A DNA stretch of 64,000 nt from a bacterium (lineage in GTDB: Bacteria; Zhuqueibacterota; Zhuqueibacteria; Oceanimicrobiales; Oceanimicrobiaceae), in assembly GCA_037446635.1 (NCBI GenBank), contig JBBIIG010000014.1, positions 16,294-80,293 on the forward strand, written 5' to 3'. Under the pieces are notes generated by a model, which saw nothing but the letters and a program-made list of their open reading frames with translations, was not told the origin of the DNA and searched no databases. Every line of letters starts with the position of its first letter. Position 1 is the stretch's first letter. Positions 39,167-48,538 of the stretch are shown in pieces. Position numbers and translations under genes: made by a program.

Positions 39167-40776
39167 AAAATTTATCCGCTCGACAAGGATTTGTTATCCT
39201 CGTCGAACAATTATTTGGGGGATTTAATCCCTTTTCAATGATTCGCGGGAATTGGGACTGCATTGACTGTGTCAATGCTGCTGCAGCGACACAGTCGCCG
39301 CACTCCAAGAGGTTATTTTTTCCGAGACGATTGGTTTTAATAGCTGTTCTTTTGTTAGCGCCCTTTTTTAGCTTCTCCAACTCCTTCTCCCAAATTCTTC
39401 ACAAATACGCTTTCCGTCTCGATGCCCAGCCCAAACCCGGATTGGCCAGCAACACCATCACCGACATTAAAGTTTTCGGCAGCGCAATCTGGTTTGGCAC
39501 CGGCGACGGCCTGAGTCGCACCAAAGATGACGGCCTGTCATTCGAATCCTTTCGGCACGAGCAGGAGATTGGCCGCGGCGGCGTTTCAGGGTTGGCAATT
39601 GGCGACGGCATTATCTGGGTGGCCACGGGGTTTGATTCCACCACTCCGTTGGGCCGTTTTCAAACCGGCGGCGGCCTGGCCTATTCGAAGGATGACGGCC
39701 AGACCTGGGTGTTCGTTCCGCAGCCCGGCCCGACTCCCATCAACAACATTACATTTGATATTGCGCTGCGCGGCGACGAAGTGTGGATCACCAGCTTTGC
39801 CGGCGGCCTGCGCAAATCGGTGGATCTCGGACAGTCGTGGGAGATCGTTTCGCCGGATTCGTTCATTTTCGATCCGGTGGCGCACCTCAACCACCGCGTG
39901 TTTTCGGTGACCGTGGTGGACAGCATTCTTTGGGTGGGCAGCGCCGGCGGCATCAATCGCTCCAACGATGGCGGCATCACCTGGACTAAATTCAGCCATC
40001 AAAATCAAGCGCGTCCCATTTCCGGAAATTTTGTGGTGGCAATTGGGCGGCAGCGTTATGCCAACAAAGACATCATTTGGGCTGCCACGCGCGAGACCAC
40101 CATCGAGTCCGGCGACGAAACCGAATTTCGCGGCGTGTCGTGGAGCGAGGACCAGGGCTTCACCTGGCGCACGGCCTTGGAGGGCGAAACCGTTCACAAT
40201 TTTGCTTTCGATGATTCGGTGGTGTACGCAGCTTCGGATAACGGCCTGTGGAAATCCATTGACGGCGGCGAAACCTGGGCGCTGTTTCCCAACATTGTAG
40301 ATGTCTCGAATGGCCGGCAGATTCTTGCTAATGAAGTTTTTTCGGCCGGCGTCAGCGCGGGGCACACGCTGTGGGTTGGCACACGCAATGGTTTAGCCAA
40401 AACTTCCGATAACGCGCTCACCTGGGAAGTCTTTCAAGTATTTGAACCCACCGGCCGCGACGGCGCGCCGCGCACCTATGCGTATCCCAATCCTTTTTCG
40501 CCCAGCGTTCACAACAATTTGGGCGGAAGAGGACACGTACGCTTTCAGTACAACACCATCAACCCCACGCAGGTTACATTAAAAGTCTATGATTTTGCGA
40601 TGAAGCTGGTGCGAACCGTGGTGGCGGATGCGCCGCGCCCCGGCAGCAGCGACATTTATGAAACCTGGGATGGCACCGATGAAGGCGGCCGGCAGGTGGA
40701 CAACGGCGTCTATTTTTATCGGCTGGAGTTGTCCGGCGACGGCACGTATTGGGGAAAATTGGTTGTTCTGAATTAA
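39163..40776 (+). CDS. BNR/Asp-box repeat (sialidase-like / Ycf48-like beta-propeller) protein with T9SS C-terminal sorting domain
   Basis: Multiple S-x-D-x-G-x-T-W Asp-boxes (DDGQTW, DLGQSW, DGGITW, DQGFTW, DGGETW). C-terminal 'YAYPNPFSPS...VYFYRLELSGDGTYWGKLVVLN' is the T9SS sorting domain. The real start is probably internal (about TTG 39331), just before the signal peptide. Confidence 0.7.
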   Translation: MKNLSARQGFVILVEQLFGGFNPFSMIRGNWDCIDCVNAAAATQSPHSKRLFFPRRLVLIAVLLLAPFFSFSNSFSQILHKYAFRLDAQPKPGLASNTITDIKVFGSAIWFGTGDGLSRTKDDGLSFESFRHEQEIGRGGVSGLAIGDGIIWVATGFDSTTPLGRFQTGGGLAYSKDDGQTWVFVPQPGPTPINNITFDIALRGDEVWITSFAGGLRKSVDLGQSWEIVSPDSFIFDPVAHLNHRVFSVTVVDSILWVGSAGGINRSNDGGITWTKFSHQNQARPISGNFVVAIGRQRYANKDIIWAATRETTIESGDETEFRGVSWSEDQGFTWRTALEGETVHNFAFDDSVVYAASDNGLWKSIDGGETWALFPNIVDVSNGRQILANEVFSAGVSAGHTLWVGTRNGLAKTSDNALTWEVFQVFEPTGRDGAPRTYAYPNPFSPSVHNNLGGRGHVRFQYNTINPTQVTLKVYDFAMKLVRTVVADAPRPGSSDIYETWDGTDEGGRQVDNGVYFYRLELSGDGTYWGKLVVLN

Positions 40777-40842
40777 TTTCTCACAAATGCCAGGCACTTA
40801 GAAAGTGCTTGGCATTTTCTTGTAAATGAAGGAGCTGATTTT

Positions 40843-41823
40843 TTGACCCATTTTTTTAAGACGATTTTTTTGGTCTTTTGCCTGCTGGTCTCCGCCACCA
40901 CGGCGCTGGCGCAGGCCGGTAAGGCCGGCGCCTTTTTACGGCTGGGCGTCAGCGCCCGCGCCAAAGCCATGGGCGACGCCTACACCGCGATGGCGCGTGG
41001 CGCCGAAGCCAGTTATTACAATCCGGCGGGATTGCCTTTTCTCGAGCACAAGGAAGTTGCGGCGTCGTACTGGCTGCTTTCCCTCGATCGCCAATTCACT
41101 TACATCGGTTTTGGATTGCCCATTCACCCAAAGGAAGATAGCACTGGCCGCGGCGCCTTCGACGGCGGCTTCGCGCTTTCGTGGATTCACGCCGGCGTGG
41201 ACAATATCGATGGCCGCGACACCGACGGCCAGTCCTTTGGCGACATCTCCAACTCGGAAGACGCGTTCGTGTTTTCGTTTGCGCTGAATCCGGTGCAGAA
41301 ATTATCGCTGGGACTTTCGGTGAAGATTTTGTGGAACCGCTTTCCCGATCTCGGAATTGATGGGCAAACCATCTCCGCCACCGGCGTGGGCTTCGATTTT
41401 GGCGCCCTGCTGACGCCGGCGCCGTGGCTCACGTTGGGCGTTTCGGTGCGCGACATCAATTCCAAATATACCTGGAACACGCAGGATTTGTACGGCGAAG
41501 ATGACGGCTCCGAAACCACTAACAAGTTTCCAAAAATTTTGCGGGTGGGCGCCGCCTTTCAGCCGCCGCAAATTCCGAACGTGACCTTGGCATTTGATTT
41601 TGAGGACAGCAAAGAGCTGGACAACCGGGTTCACTTCGGCGCAGAGGCGGTACTGGGAAACCATCTGTTTCTCCGCAGCGGCTTTGATGACGGTTCGCTC
41701 GCTGCCGGCGCCGGCTACGGTTTCGGCGTGTTCGGCAGGATGTCGCAGATCAATTATGGCTTTGCCTCCGCTGGTGACCGTCCGGAGGCCGAGCATGTTT
41801 TCAGTTGGGTGTTTCAGTTTTAG
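40843..41823 (+). CDS. PorV/PorQ-like (UPF0164-type) outer-membrane beta-barrel protein
   Basis: Signal peptide. 'GAFLRLGVSARAKAMGDAYTAMARGAEASYYNPAGL' is the N-terminal signature of the PorV/LptO-like barrel family. C-terminal aromatic residue (…WVFQF). Confidence 0.55.
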   Translation: MTHFFKTIFLVFCLLVSATTALAQAGKAGAFLRLGVSARAKAMGDAYTAMARGAEASYYNPAGLPFLEHKEVAASYWLLSLDRQFTYIGFGLPIHPKEDSTGRGAFDGGFALSWIHAGVDNIDGRDTDGQSFGDISNSEDAFVFSFALNPVQKLSLGLSVKILWNRFPDLGIDGQTISATGVGFDFGALLTPAPWLTLGVSVRDINSKYTWNTQDLYGEDDGSETTNKFPKILRVGAAFQPPQIPNVTLAFDFEDSKELDNRVHFGAEAVLGNHLFLRSGFDDGSLAAGAGYGFGVFGRMSQINYGFASAGDRPEAEHVFSWVFQF

Positions 41824-41825
41824 GT

Positions 41826-41930
41826 GTCGCAAATCGGAAATCGGAAAACGGAAATCGCAAACCGGAAAACGTAAACCGTAAATCGGAAATCGAAAAACGT
41901 TATTCGATTTCCGTTATTCGATATGCGGAA
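41826..41930. repeat. tandem array of AAATCGGAAA(A)CG units with AACGTTATTCG motif; related copy at 37129-37190
   Basis: 'gcaaatcggaaatcggaaaacggaaatcgcaaaccggaaaacgtaaaccgtaaatcggaaatcgaaaaacgttattcgatttccgttattcg'. The 37129-37190 copy is 'ttttcgaaaatcggataacgttattcggttttcgatttccgatttccgaat'. Confidence 0.6.
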
Positions 41931-41947
41931 TTGCATAGGAGTACAGC

Positions 41948-42868
41948 GTGAGAAATATTCAAATTACAACCGTATTGATTTGCTCGCTCGGCGTTTTTTT
42001 GAACTCAGCCTTTGCCCAAACCGGCAGCGCCGGCGCCACCGGGCTGGCGTTTCTGAAATTGGGCGTTGGCGCGCGCGCTAACGGCATGGGGGAGGCCTTT
42101 GTCGCGGTTGCCAATGACGCCGCCGCCACGTTCTGGAATCCGGCCGGTCTTTCCCAACTCGAACGTTCGCATTTCACCTTCACGCACAGCGAATGGATTC
42201 AGGATATTTCCAGCGAGTTTCTGGCGTTGGCGTTTCCGGCTTTTGGCGGCGTGACCGGCTTCAGCGTTTACGTCAACAATGTGGGCGGCATTGAACGCCG
42301 CGTCAACCCTTCTGAAGAACCGCTTGGAACCATTGACGCCAACGATGTTGCTCTGGGCGTCTCGTATGGCCGCTCGTTGGGTTCATCCATGCAGGCCGGC
42401 ATCACGGTAAAATATCTTTACGAGAAAATTTACCTGGAAAGCGCTTCGGGGTATGCTTTTGATTTCGGCCTGAATGTTCAACCTTTTGGCAGCGCGTTAA
42501 ATTTGGCGGTCGCGGCGCAGAATTTAGGCTCAATGAATGAGCTGCTGGCCGAGTCCATCGATTTGCCGAAAACCCTGCGCTTCGGCGCCGCTTATTCGTT
42601 TCCGCTGGCCGCGCTCGATGGCGCGGTGGTGCTGGCTGCAGAGGGCGTCAAAGTTGTGGAGAACGATCTGCGCGGCAGCTTCGGCGCCGAAGTGCAATTG
42701 AAAAAAATGCTGGCTTTACGCTTGGGATACCAGAGTGGCTACGAGGATAGAAGCTTGGCCGGCGGGTTTGGTTTGTCCTTCCAGCGCTACCACCTCGATT
42801 ATGGCTACACCCCGGTTGGTTCGAATTTAGGCGATACCCATCGTTTTTCCTTCGGCCTGGATTGGTAA
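41948..42868 (+). CDS. second PorV/PorQ-like outer-membrane beta-barrel protein (paralogue)
   Basis: 'GLAFLKLGVGARANGMGEAFVAVANDAAATFWNPAGL'. Ends '...FSFGLDW'. Confidence 0.55.
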   Translation: MRNIQITTVLICSLGVFLNSAFAQTGSAGATGLAFLKLGVGARANGMGEAFVAVANDAAATFWNPAGLSQLERSHFTFTHSEWIQDISSEFLALAFPAFGGVTGFSVYVNNVGGIERRVNPSEEPLGTIDANDVALGVSYGRSLGSSMQAGITVKYLYEKIYLESASGYAFDFGLNVQPFGSALNLAVAAQNLGSMNELLAESIDLPKTLRFGAAYSFPLAALDGAVVLAAEGVKVVENDLRGSFGAEVQLKKMLALRLGYQSGYEDRSLAGGFGLSFQRYHLDYGYTPVGSNLGDTHRFSFGLDW

Positions 42869-43128
42869 AACTCGGAATTCGAAGCTATACGCCAGAACTG
42901 ATCCCGCCTTCGGCGGAAATCGGCCCGCAAAAATTAGGGGTGAAGAGGCGGATCTGCTGCTAAGAAGGCTTATTGGATTTGCTTGTATTTCGAGTTTCGA
43001 TATTCGGAATTTGTAAGTTGCTCTAAAAAAATAACTATCAAGATTGCCATTGACTGCAGCTAAAAATTATCGTATTATTTGCCGTATTTTTTGTGTTGTT
43101 TCCCAAGTCTTTATGAGGAGGAATCAGT

Positions 43129-45297
43129 TTGAAGCGGATCAATATTGCGTTCGGAATTCACAATCATCAGCCGGTGGGCAATTTCGATTTTGTGTTTGAA
43201 GGCGCGTACAACGACGCCTACCTGCCCTTTCTCGAGGTTCTCGAAAAGCATCCCAAAATTCGCATCGCCCAGCATTACACGGGCATTCTCTTTCAGTGGA
43301 TAAAAGATCACAAGCCGGAATTCATCCCGCGACTCAGAAAGTTAGTGAAATCCGGACAGATCGAAATGATGACCGGCGGATTTTATGAACCGATTCTGTC
43401 GGTGATTCCGTACCGCGATAAAATCGGCCAGATCAACAAGCTCACTAAGTTTGTGAAAGAACACACGGGCTACGATCCGCAGGGGATGTGGCTGGCGGAG
43501 CGCATTTGGGAGCCGCAGCTTCCCAAGCCCATCAGCGAGGCCGGGGTGACCTACGTTGTATTGGACGATTCCCATTTCAAAAGCGCCGGCTTGCAAAACG
43601 AGCAGCTCCTCGGCTATTACATTACCGAAGAGGAGGGCGCGCCGGTTTTTCTGTTTCCCATCAGTGAGACCTTGCGTTACACCATTCCATTTCAAAAGCC
43701 GGAAAAGACCATCGAGTATTTGCGTTCGATTGCCACGGAGGGCGGGCAAACGCTCGTGGTGTTTGCGGATGACGGCGAGAAATTCGGCGTCTGGCCGGGC
43801 ACCCATAAACACTGTTATAAAGATGGCTGGCTGGAGCAATTCTTCCAACAGCTCGAAGCCAATCTCGATTGGATCAACATCCTGCATTTTTCGGAAGCGC
43901 TGAAAAAGATTAAACCTTTGGGGCGAATTTATTTGCCCACCGCTTCATATCGGGAGATGATGGAATGGGCCATGCCCACCCGCGCGATCCATCAGTATGA
44001 GGAGTTCGAAAATATTCTCAAAAAGAATCACCTGCATGATCAATACAAAGTTTTTGTGCGCGGCGGCTTCTGGCGCAATTTCATGGCCAAGTATCCTGAG
44101 GCCAACAACATGCACAAAAAGATGCTGCACATTAGCGACCGCCTCGCGCGTCTCGACGCCAAACATCGCACGTCTAAGGCCTTTCAGGAAGCGCAGGATC
44201 ACCTCTGGGCCGGTCAGTGCAATTGTCCCTACTGGCACGGCGTGTTCGGCGGGCTTTATCTCAACCATTTGCGGTTTGCCACCTACCGCCAGTTTATTGA
44301 AGCCGAGCGCATTTTGGAGCGCTTGGAAAAGAGCGCCGAAGAATTTAAAAACGGCTGGGTCGATCTCCAAACCTGCGATTACGACAGCGACGGCCTGGAC
44401 GAAGTCATCGTGACCAACAAAGTCATGAATCTTTACTTTGCTCCGGAAAACGGCGCGTCGTTGTTCGAGTGGGATTACAAACCCAAAGCCATCAATCTGC
44501 TTGACACCATGACCCGGCGCGAGGAAGGTTATCATAAAAAGCTGTTGCAGCATCAACAAAATCATCACCAAAAAAATGAAGGCGAGATCGCCAGCATTCA
44601 TGACTTAGTGGTGATGAAAGAAGAAGGGCTGCAAAATTTTTTGCATTATGATTTTTACCGCCGCGCCTCACTGCTTGATCATTTTTTGAAGGATGACGCC
44701 ACGCTGGACTCATTCGCACAATCTCAATACGAGGAAGCCGGCGATTTTCTAACCGCGCCCTACGAATGGTCGCGCAGCGAATTGAAAAATGGCCGCACCA
44801 TTGAGTTTTGGCGATCGGGCCGGGTGAGTGGTTCCCACGGAGCGAGCGCAGTGTGGTTGGAGAAGCGGATCACGGTGCTCAATTCGGAGGCCCGCATCGT
44901 CGTCGATTATAAGATAAAGAACGACGAACAGCAGGAGCGGGCGTTCTGGTTTGGCAGCGAATTGGATTTTGCGCTGCTGGCCGGCGACGCGGACGATCGT
45001 TACTTCGTTTTTCCGGGGCGCGAATTGAATGGCGCGCGCCTGCGCAGCACGGGTGAAATAAAAGACGCCAACCAGGTGTATTTGGTTGACGAATGGCTGG
45101 GCCTGCGGATTGGGCTCAAATTTGAACCATCCGGCTGCATCTGGCGTTTTCCCATCGAAACCATCTCGCAATCGGAAGCCGGCTTCGAGCGCGTCTATCA
45201 AAGCTCGGTGGTGTTCCCCAATTGGAAATTTAAGTTGCAACCCGGAGCCGTGTGGAGCAATAAACTCGAAATCACGATTGAAGATTTGAAGAGGTAA
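43129..45297 (+). CDS. glycoside hydrolase family 57 protein (4-alpha-glucanotransferase / alpha-amylase type)
   Basis: 'INIAFGIHNHQPVGNFDFVFEGAYNDAYLPFLEVLEKHPKIRIAQHYTGILFQW' and 'WLAERIWEP' are GH57 signatures. 722 aa with a C-terminal beta-domain. GGAGG RBS. Confidence 0.8.
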   Translation: MKRINIAFGIHNHQPVGNFDFVFEGAYNDAYLPFLEVLEKHPKIRIAQHYTGILFQWIKDHKPEFIPRLRKLVKSGQIEMMTGGFYEPILSVIPYRDKIGQINKLTKFVKEHTGYDPQGMWLAERIWEPQLPKPISEAGVTYVVLDDSHFKSAGLQNEQLLGYYITEEEGAPVFLFPISETLRYTIPFQKPEKTIEYLRSIATEGGQTLVVFADDGEKFGVWPGTHKHCYKDGWLEQFFQQLEANLDWINILHFSEALKKIKPLGRIYLPTASYREMMEWAMPTRAIHQYEEFENILKKNHLHDQYKVFVRGGFWRNFMAKYPEANNMHKKMLHISDRLARLDAKHRTSKAFQEAQDHLWAGQCNCPYWHGVFGGLYLNHLRFATYRQFIEAERILERLEKSAEEFKNGWVDLQTCDYDSDGLDEVIVTNKVMNLYFAPENGASLFEWDYKPKAINLLDTMTRREEGYHKKLLQHQQNHHQKNEGEIASIHDLVVMKEEGLQNFLHYDFYRRASLLDHFLKDDATLDSFAQSQYEEAGDFLTAPYEWSRSELKNGRTIEFWRSGRVSGSHGASAVWLEKRITVLNSEARIVVDYKIKNDEQQERAFWFGSELDFALLAGDADDRYFVFPGRELNGARLRSTGEIKDANQVYLVDEWLGLRIGLKFEPSGCIWRFPIETISQSEAGFERVYQSSVVFPNWKFKLQPGAVWSNKLEITIEDLKR

Positions 45298-45304
45298 TTT
45301 AAAG

Positions 45305-46891
45305 ATGAAACAGTATCGCAGAAGCTTTCTCGTCATTTCCTCGGTTACTTTGCTGTTTTTAATTTTGGCGTGGCGCTTTGACGCCCAAACCAAAACCGGA
45401 AACATCTACGAACAGAGCCAGCGCTTCATCGAAGTGATGCGGGCGGTGAAAGAATTTTATGTGGAAGATTTGGACACCGGCGAAATGGTGGAGGGCGCCA
45501 TCAACGGCATGTTGGAACGGTTGGACCCGCATTCGGTTTTTATCCCCAAAGAAAAGGTGCAGGAAATCAACGAACAATTTGAGGGAGAATTCGAGGGCAT
45601 TGGCGTGGAGTTCGTCATTAACAATAAATTGCCGACGATCGTTTCCCCCATCGCTGGTTCGCCTTCGGAAAAGGTGGGGCTGCGCGCTGGCGATCGCATT
45701 GTCCGCATCGAAGGCGTTTCGACCTATGGATTCACCGAGGATCAAGTACGGGAAAAACTGTTGGGCCGCAAAGGCGCCAAAGTGACCATTGAAATTTTGC
45801 GCCCCGGTTTGGAGGAGCCGTTCACGGTGACCATCACTCGCGACAAAATTCCGGTGTACAGCGTGCTGGCGGCTTTCATGCTCGACGCGCGCACCGGCCT
45901 GATCAAAATCGGGCGCTTTGCGCGCACCACCAATGAGGAGTTTCAGAAGGCGCTGCTCGACTTAAGGGGCAGGGGCATGAGGCGGCTCATTATCGATTTG
46001 CGCGGCAATGCCGGCGGCTATCTCGAACAAGCGGTGGAGATGGTCGATCACTTTTTGGGCGGCGAAAAGCGCATTGTTTACACTCGCGGCCGCACTCCCA
46101 ACTCCAGCGAAGATTACTTTGCCACCGCCGCCGGCGATTACGAGCAATTGCCGCTGGTGGTGTTGATCGATCACGGTTCGGCCAGCGCCGCAGAAATTGT
46201 GGCCGGCGCGATTCAAGATTGGGATCGGGGATTGGTCGTGGGGCAAACCAGTTTTGGAAAAGGGTTGGTGCAGCAACAAATTCCTTTAAAAGACGGCTCG
46301 GCCTTGCGGGTAACCATCGCCCGCTACTACACGCCCAGCGGCCGGATGATCCAGCGCCCCTACGAGTATGGCCTCGAAAGCTATTTTGCCGAGGGTTTGG
46401 ATGATCGCGATCCCAACGCGGAGGCGGACAGCGCCTCCGGTCGTCCGGTCTTTTTAACCAGCGGCGGACGGAAGGTTTATGGCGGCGGCGGGATCTCGCC
46501 GGATGTGATCGTCAAACCCGAAGTGATTTCGCTCACCTCGGTTAGATTACTACAACAGCAGATTTTCTTTGAATACGGCACCACCTACGCCGCGCAGCAT
46601 CGTAGTTTGGCCAGCAATTTTCTGGGGTTTCGCGATCGTTTTCAGGTTGATGAGCAGATGGTGAACGACTTTATCGGCTTGGCGCGCCGCCGTGGCGTCG
46701 AGGTGAACGATCAACATGTTGCGCAGGACAGCGGCTTCATCAAACGGAGGATCAAAAGCGAGCTCGCCCGCAATTTGTGGGGTACACGGGAGTTTTATCA
46801 AATCGAAGCGCTGGGGGACCAGCAGGTGGTGGAGGCCAGAAAACTCTTCGAGCGCGCCGCGAAGATCGCCGGGCTGAAACTCGAAGGCTAA
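45305..46891 (+). CDS. ctp: carboxyl-terminal processing protease (S41 family, PDZ domain)
   Basis: PDZ 'GSPSEKVGLRAGDRIVRIEG'. Catalytic region 'LVVLIDHGSASAAEIVAGAIQDWDRGLVVGQTSFGKGLVQ' with the Ser/Lys dyad context. Confidence 0.85.
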   Translation: MKQYRRSFLVISSVTLLFLILAWRFDAQTKTGNIYEQSQRFIEVMRAVKEFYVEDLDTGEMVEGAINGMLERLDPHSVFIPKEKVQEINEQFEGEFEGIGVEFVINNKLPTIVSPIAGSPSEKVGLRAGDRIVRIEGVSTYGFTEDQVREKLLGRKGAKVTIEILRPGLEEPFTVTITRDKIPVYSVLAAFMLDARTGLIKIGRFARTTNEEFQKALLDLRGRGMRRLIIDLRGNAGGYLEQAVEMVDHFLGGEKRIVYTRGRTPNSSEDYFATAAGDYEQLPLVVLIDHGSASAAEIVAGAIQDWDRGLVVGQTSFGKGLVQQQIPLKDGSALRVTIARYYTPSGRMIQRPYEYGLESYFAEGLDDRDPNAEADSASGRPVFLTSGGRKVYGGGGISPDVIVKPEVISLTSVRLLQQQIFFEYGTTYAAQHRSLASNFLGFRDRFQVDEQMVNDFIGLARRRGVEVNDQHVAQDSGFIKRRIKSELARNLWGTREFYQIEALGDQQVVEARKLFERAAKIAGLKLEG

Positions 46892-46922
46892 AAAATCGGC
46901 GCCGGGCGCAACAAAAAAAGAG

Positions 46923-46951
46923 TTGACTTTTTAACAAAAATTATTTATACT
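46923..46951 (+). promoter_or_regulatory. near-consensus sigma-70 promoter (TTGACT-17-TATACT) for the exbB-exbD-exbD-tonB operon
   Basis: -35 TTGACT at 46923-46928, a 17-nt spacer and -10 TATACT at 46946-46951. About 70 nt upstream of the exbB ATG, which has a GGAGGAG RBS. Confidence 0.55.
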
Positions 46952-47021
46952 TTTGCAAATTTTTGAAATTAAAGGGTGTTATGCGAGTAATTTAATCACT
47001 TATTTGGGAGGAGAAACCGTA

Positions 47022-47657
47022 ATGAATTTGCTGAAAATGTTCCACGACGGCGGCGGTTTTATGTGGCCGATTTTAGCCTGTCTGATCCTCGGAATCGCAA
47101 TTAGCTTGGAACGATTTTGGACCCTATCAAGAGCTTCAGTTAATACTCGAAAGTTTCTCGCCACCATTAAAAAAGCGCTGCAAGAGGGTGGGGTGAAGGC
47201 GGCGACGGAGGTGTGCACCAACACTCGCGGGCCCGTGGCCTCGATTTTTCACGCCGGGCTGCTGCGCGTTGATCGTGGAATCGAACACGTTGAGAAAGCG
47301 ATCATGAACGCTGGCAGCATTGAAATGGCCTTCCTCGAAAAGGGCCTGGTATGGTTGGCTACCATCGTCAGCGTAGCGCCCATGTTGGGCTTCCTCGGCA
47401 CCGTGTGGGGCATGATCTTAGCGTTCGATCAGATCGCCCTTGCTAACGACATTTCTCCCGCCATCGTGGCCGGTGGTATTTCGGTAGCGCTTTTGACCAC
47501 CCTGTTTGGTCTGGTGGTCGCCATCATCATTCAAACTGCCAACAACTATTTCATCTCTCGTGTTGACAAGCTCATCGTCGATATGGAAGAGAGCTCGGTT
47601 GACTTTGTTGACACGCTCATCGAAATGGAAAAAGAAGGCCGGCTCAAAAAGGCGTAA
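47022..47657 (+). CDS. exbB: MotA/TolQ/ExbB proton-channel family protein
   Basis: Three TM helices. 'GFLGTVWGMILAF' is the signature. Start at ATG 47022, because the longer ORF from 46953 would begin inside the -10 element. Confidence 0.85.
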   Translation: MNLLKMFHDGGGFMWPILACLILGIAISLERFWTLSRASVNTRKFLATIKKALQEGGVKAATEVCTNTRGPVASIFHAGLLRVDRGIEHVEKAIMNAGSIEMAFLEKGLVWLATIVSVAPMLGFLGTVWGMILAFDQIALANDISPAIVAGGISVALLTTLFGLVVAIIIQTANNYFISRVDKLIVDMEESSVDFVDTLIEMEKEGRLKKA

Positions 47658-47696
47658 TCGAGTTTTGAGGCAGTATTTTTTAAGGAGCATTCAAAT

Positions 47697-48098
47697 ATGC
47701 TGGTAGAAAAAAAGAAAAGTCGCATGACAGAAATTCCGTCGGCGTCGTTGGCTGATATCGCATTTCTACTCCTGATCTTTTTCCTGGTTACCACCACTAT
47801 CGACGTGGATAAAGGCATCGGTTTGACGCTGCCTGCCAAGGGCGAGGAGACCCAGGTTCGCACCAAAAATATCACCAATCTATTGATCAATGCCCAGGGC
47901 CAAGTTTTGCTGGATAACGAATTGATCGAGATTGGCGATATTAGCCGAATCGTTCAGGAAAAGATCCGCGAGAACGAAAATTTGATCGTCTCCGTCAAAA
48001 CCGATCGCGAAACCAAATACGAAGTCTTCGTTCAGGCTTTGGACCAATTGAAAATAGCCAACGCATCGCGTATTTCAATTGCCGAACCCGAGAAGTAA
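47697..48098 (+). CDS. exbD: ExbD/TolR biopolymer-transport protein
   Basis: 'MTEIPSASLADIAFLLLIFFLVTT' TM helix followed by a periplasmic domain. Confidence 0.8.
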   Translation: MLVEKKKSRMTEIPSASLADIAFLLLIFFLVTTTIDVDKGIGLTLPAKGEETQVRTKNITNLLINAQGQVLLDNELIEIGDISRIVQEKIRENENLIVSVKTDRETKYEVFVQALDQLKIANASRISIAEPEK

Positions 48099-48114
48099 AA
48101 AGGAGGGTGCAAAT

Positions 48115-48528
48115 TTGAAATTCTCGAAAAAGCAAAATGTGCAAGCAGGCATCCCGTTGGCGTCGTTGCCGGACCTGGTCTTTTTGCTATTGATATTTTT
48201 TATGGTGTCATCGGTTTTCAAGGAATTTTCCGGCATCCCGGTGCGGCTGCCGAACGCCTCGAAGATTGAAAAATTGTCCGGCAAACGTGACGTCGCCTAC
48301 CTTTGGCTCAGCAGAGACGGCCAAATCTCCATCGACGATAAATTCGTCAACCTGTCGGATGTTTCGAAAATCATGTACCAGAAACGTATCGACCCCATGC
48401 ACCCATTGAAAGTGGTGTCGTTGAAAATCGATAAGGAAACGGAAATGGGGAGAGTTACCGACATCCACGAGCAGCTCCGTGAAGCCGACGCGCTAAATAT
48501 CAATTACTCCGCAAAACCTTCATCATGA
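48115..48528 (+). CDS. exbD: second ExbD/TolR protein
   Basis: 'AGIPLASLPDLVFLLLIFFMVS'. TTG start 6 nt after AAGGAGG. The longer ORF from 48079 overlaps the upstream gene. Confidence 0.75.
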   Translation: MKFSKKQNVQAGIPLASLPDLVFLLLIFFMVSSVFKEFSGIPVRLPNASKIEKLSGKRDVAYLWLSRDGQISIDDKFVNLSDVSKIMYQKRIDPMHPLKVVSLKIDKETEMGRVTDIHEQLREADALNINYSAKPSS

Positions 48529-48538
48529 GAGGTGATGT

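Noticed and set aside
46953-47021. Extended N-terminus of exbB (ORF starts at 46953)
   Set aside because: That ATG lies within or immediately after the -10 hexamer of the consensus promoter and is translated as non-membrane sequence. The ATG at 47022 has a GGAGGAG RBS and begins directly at the first TM helix.
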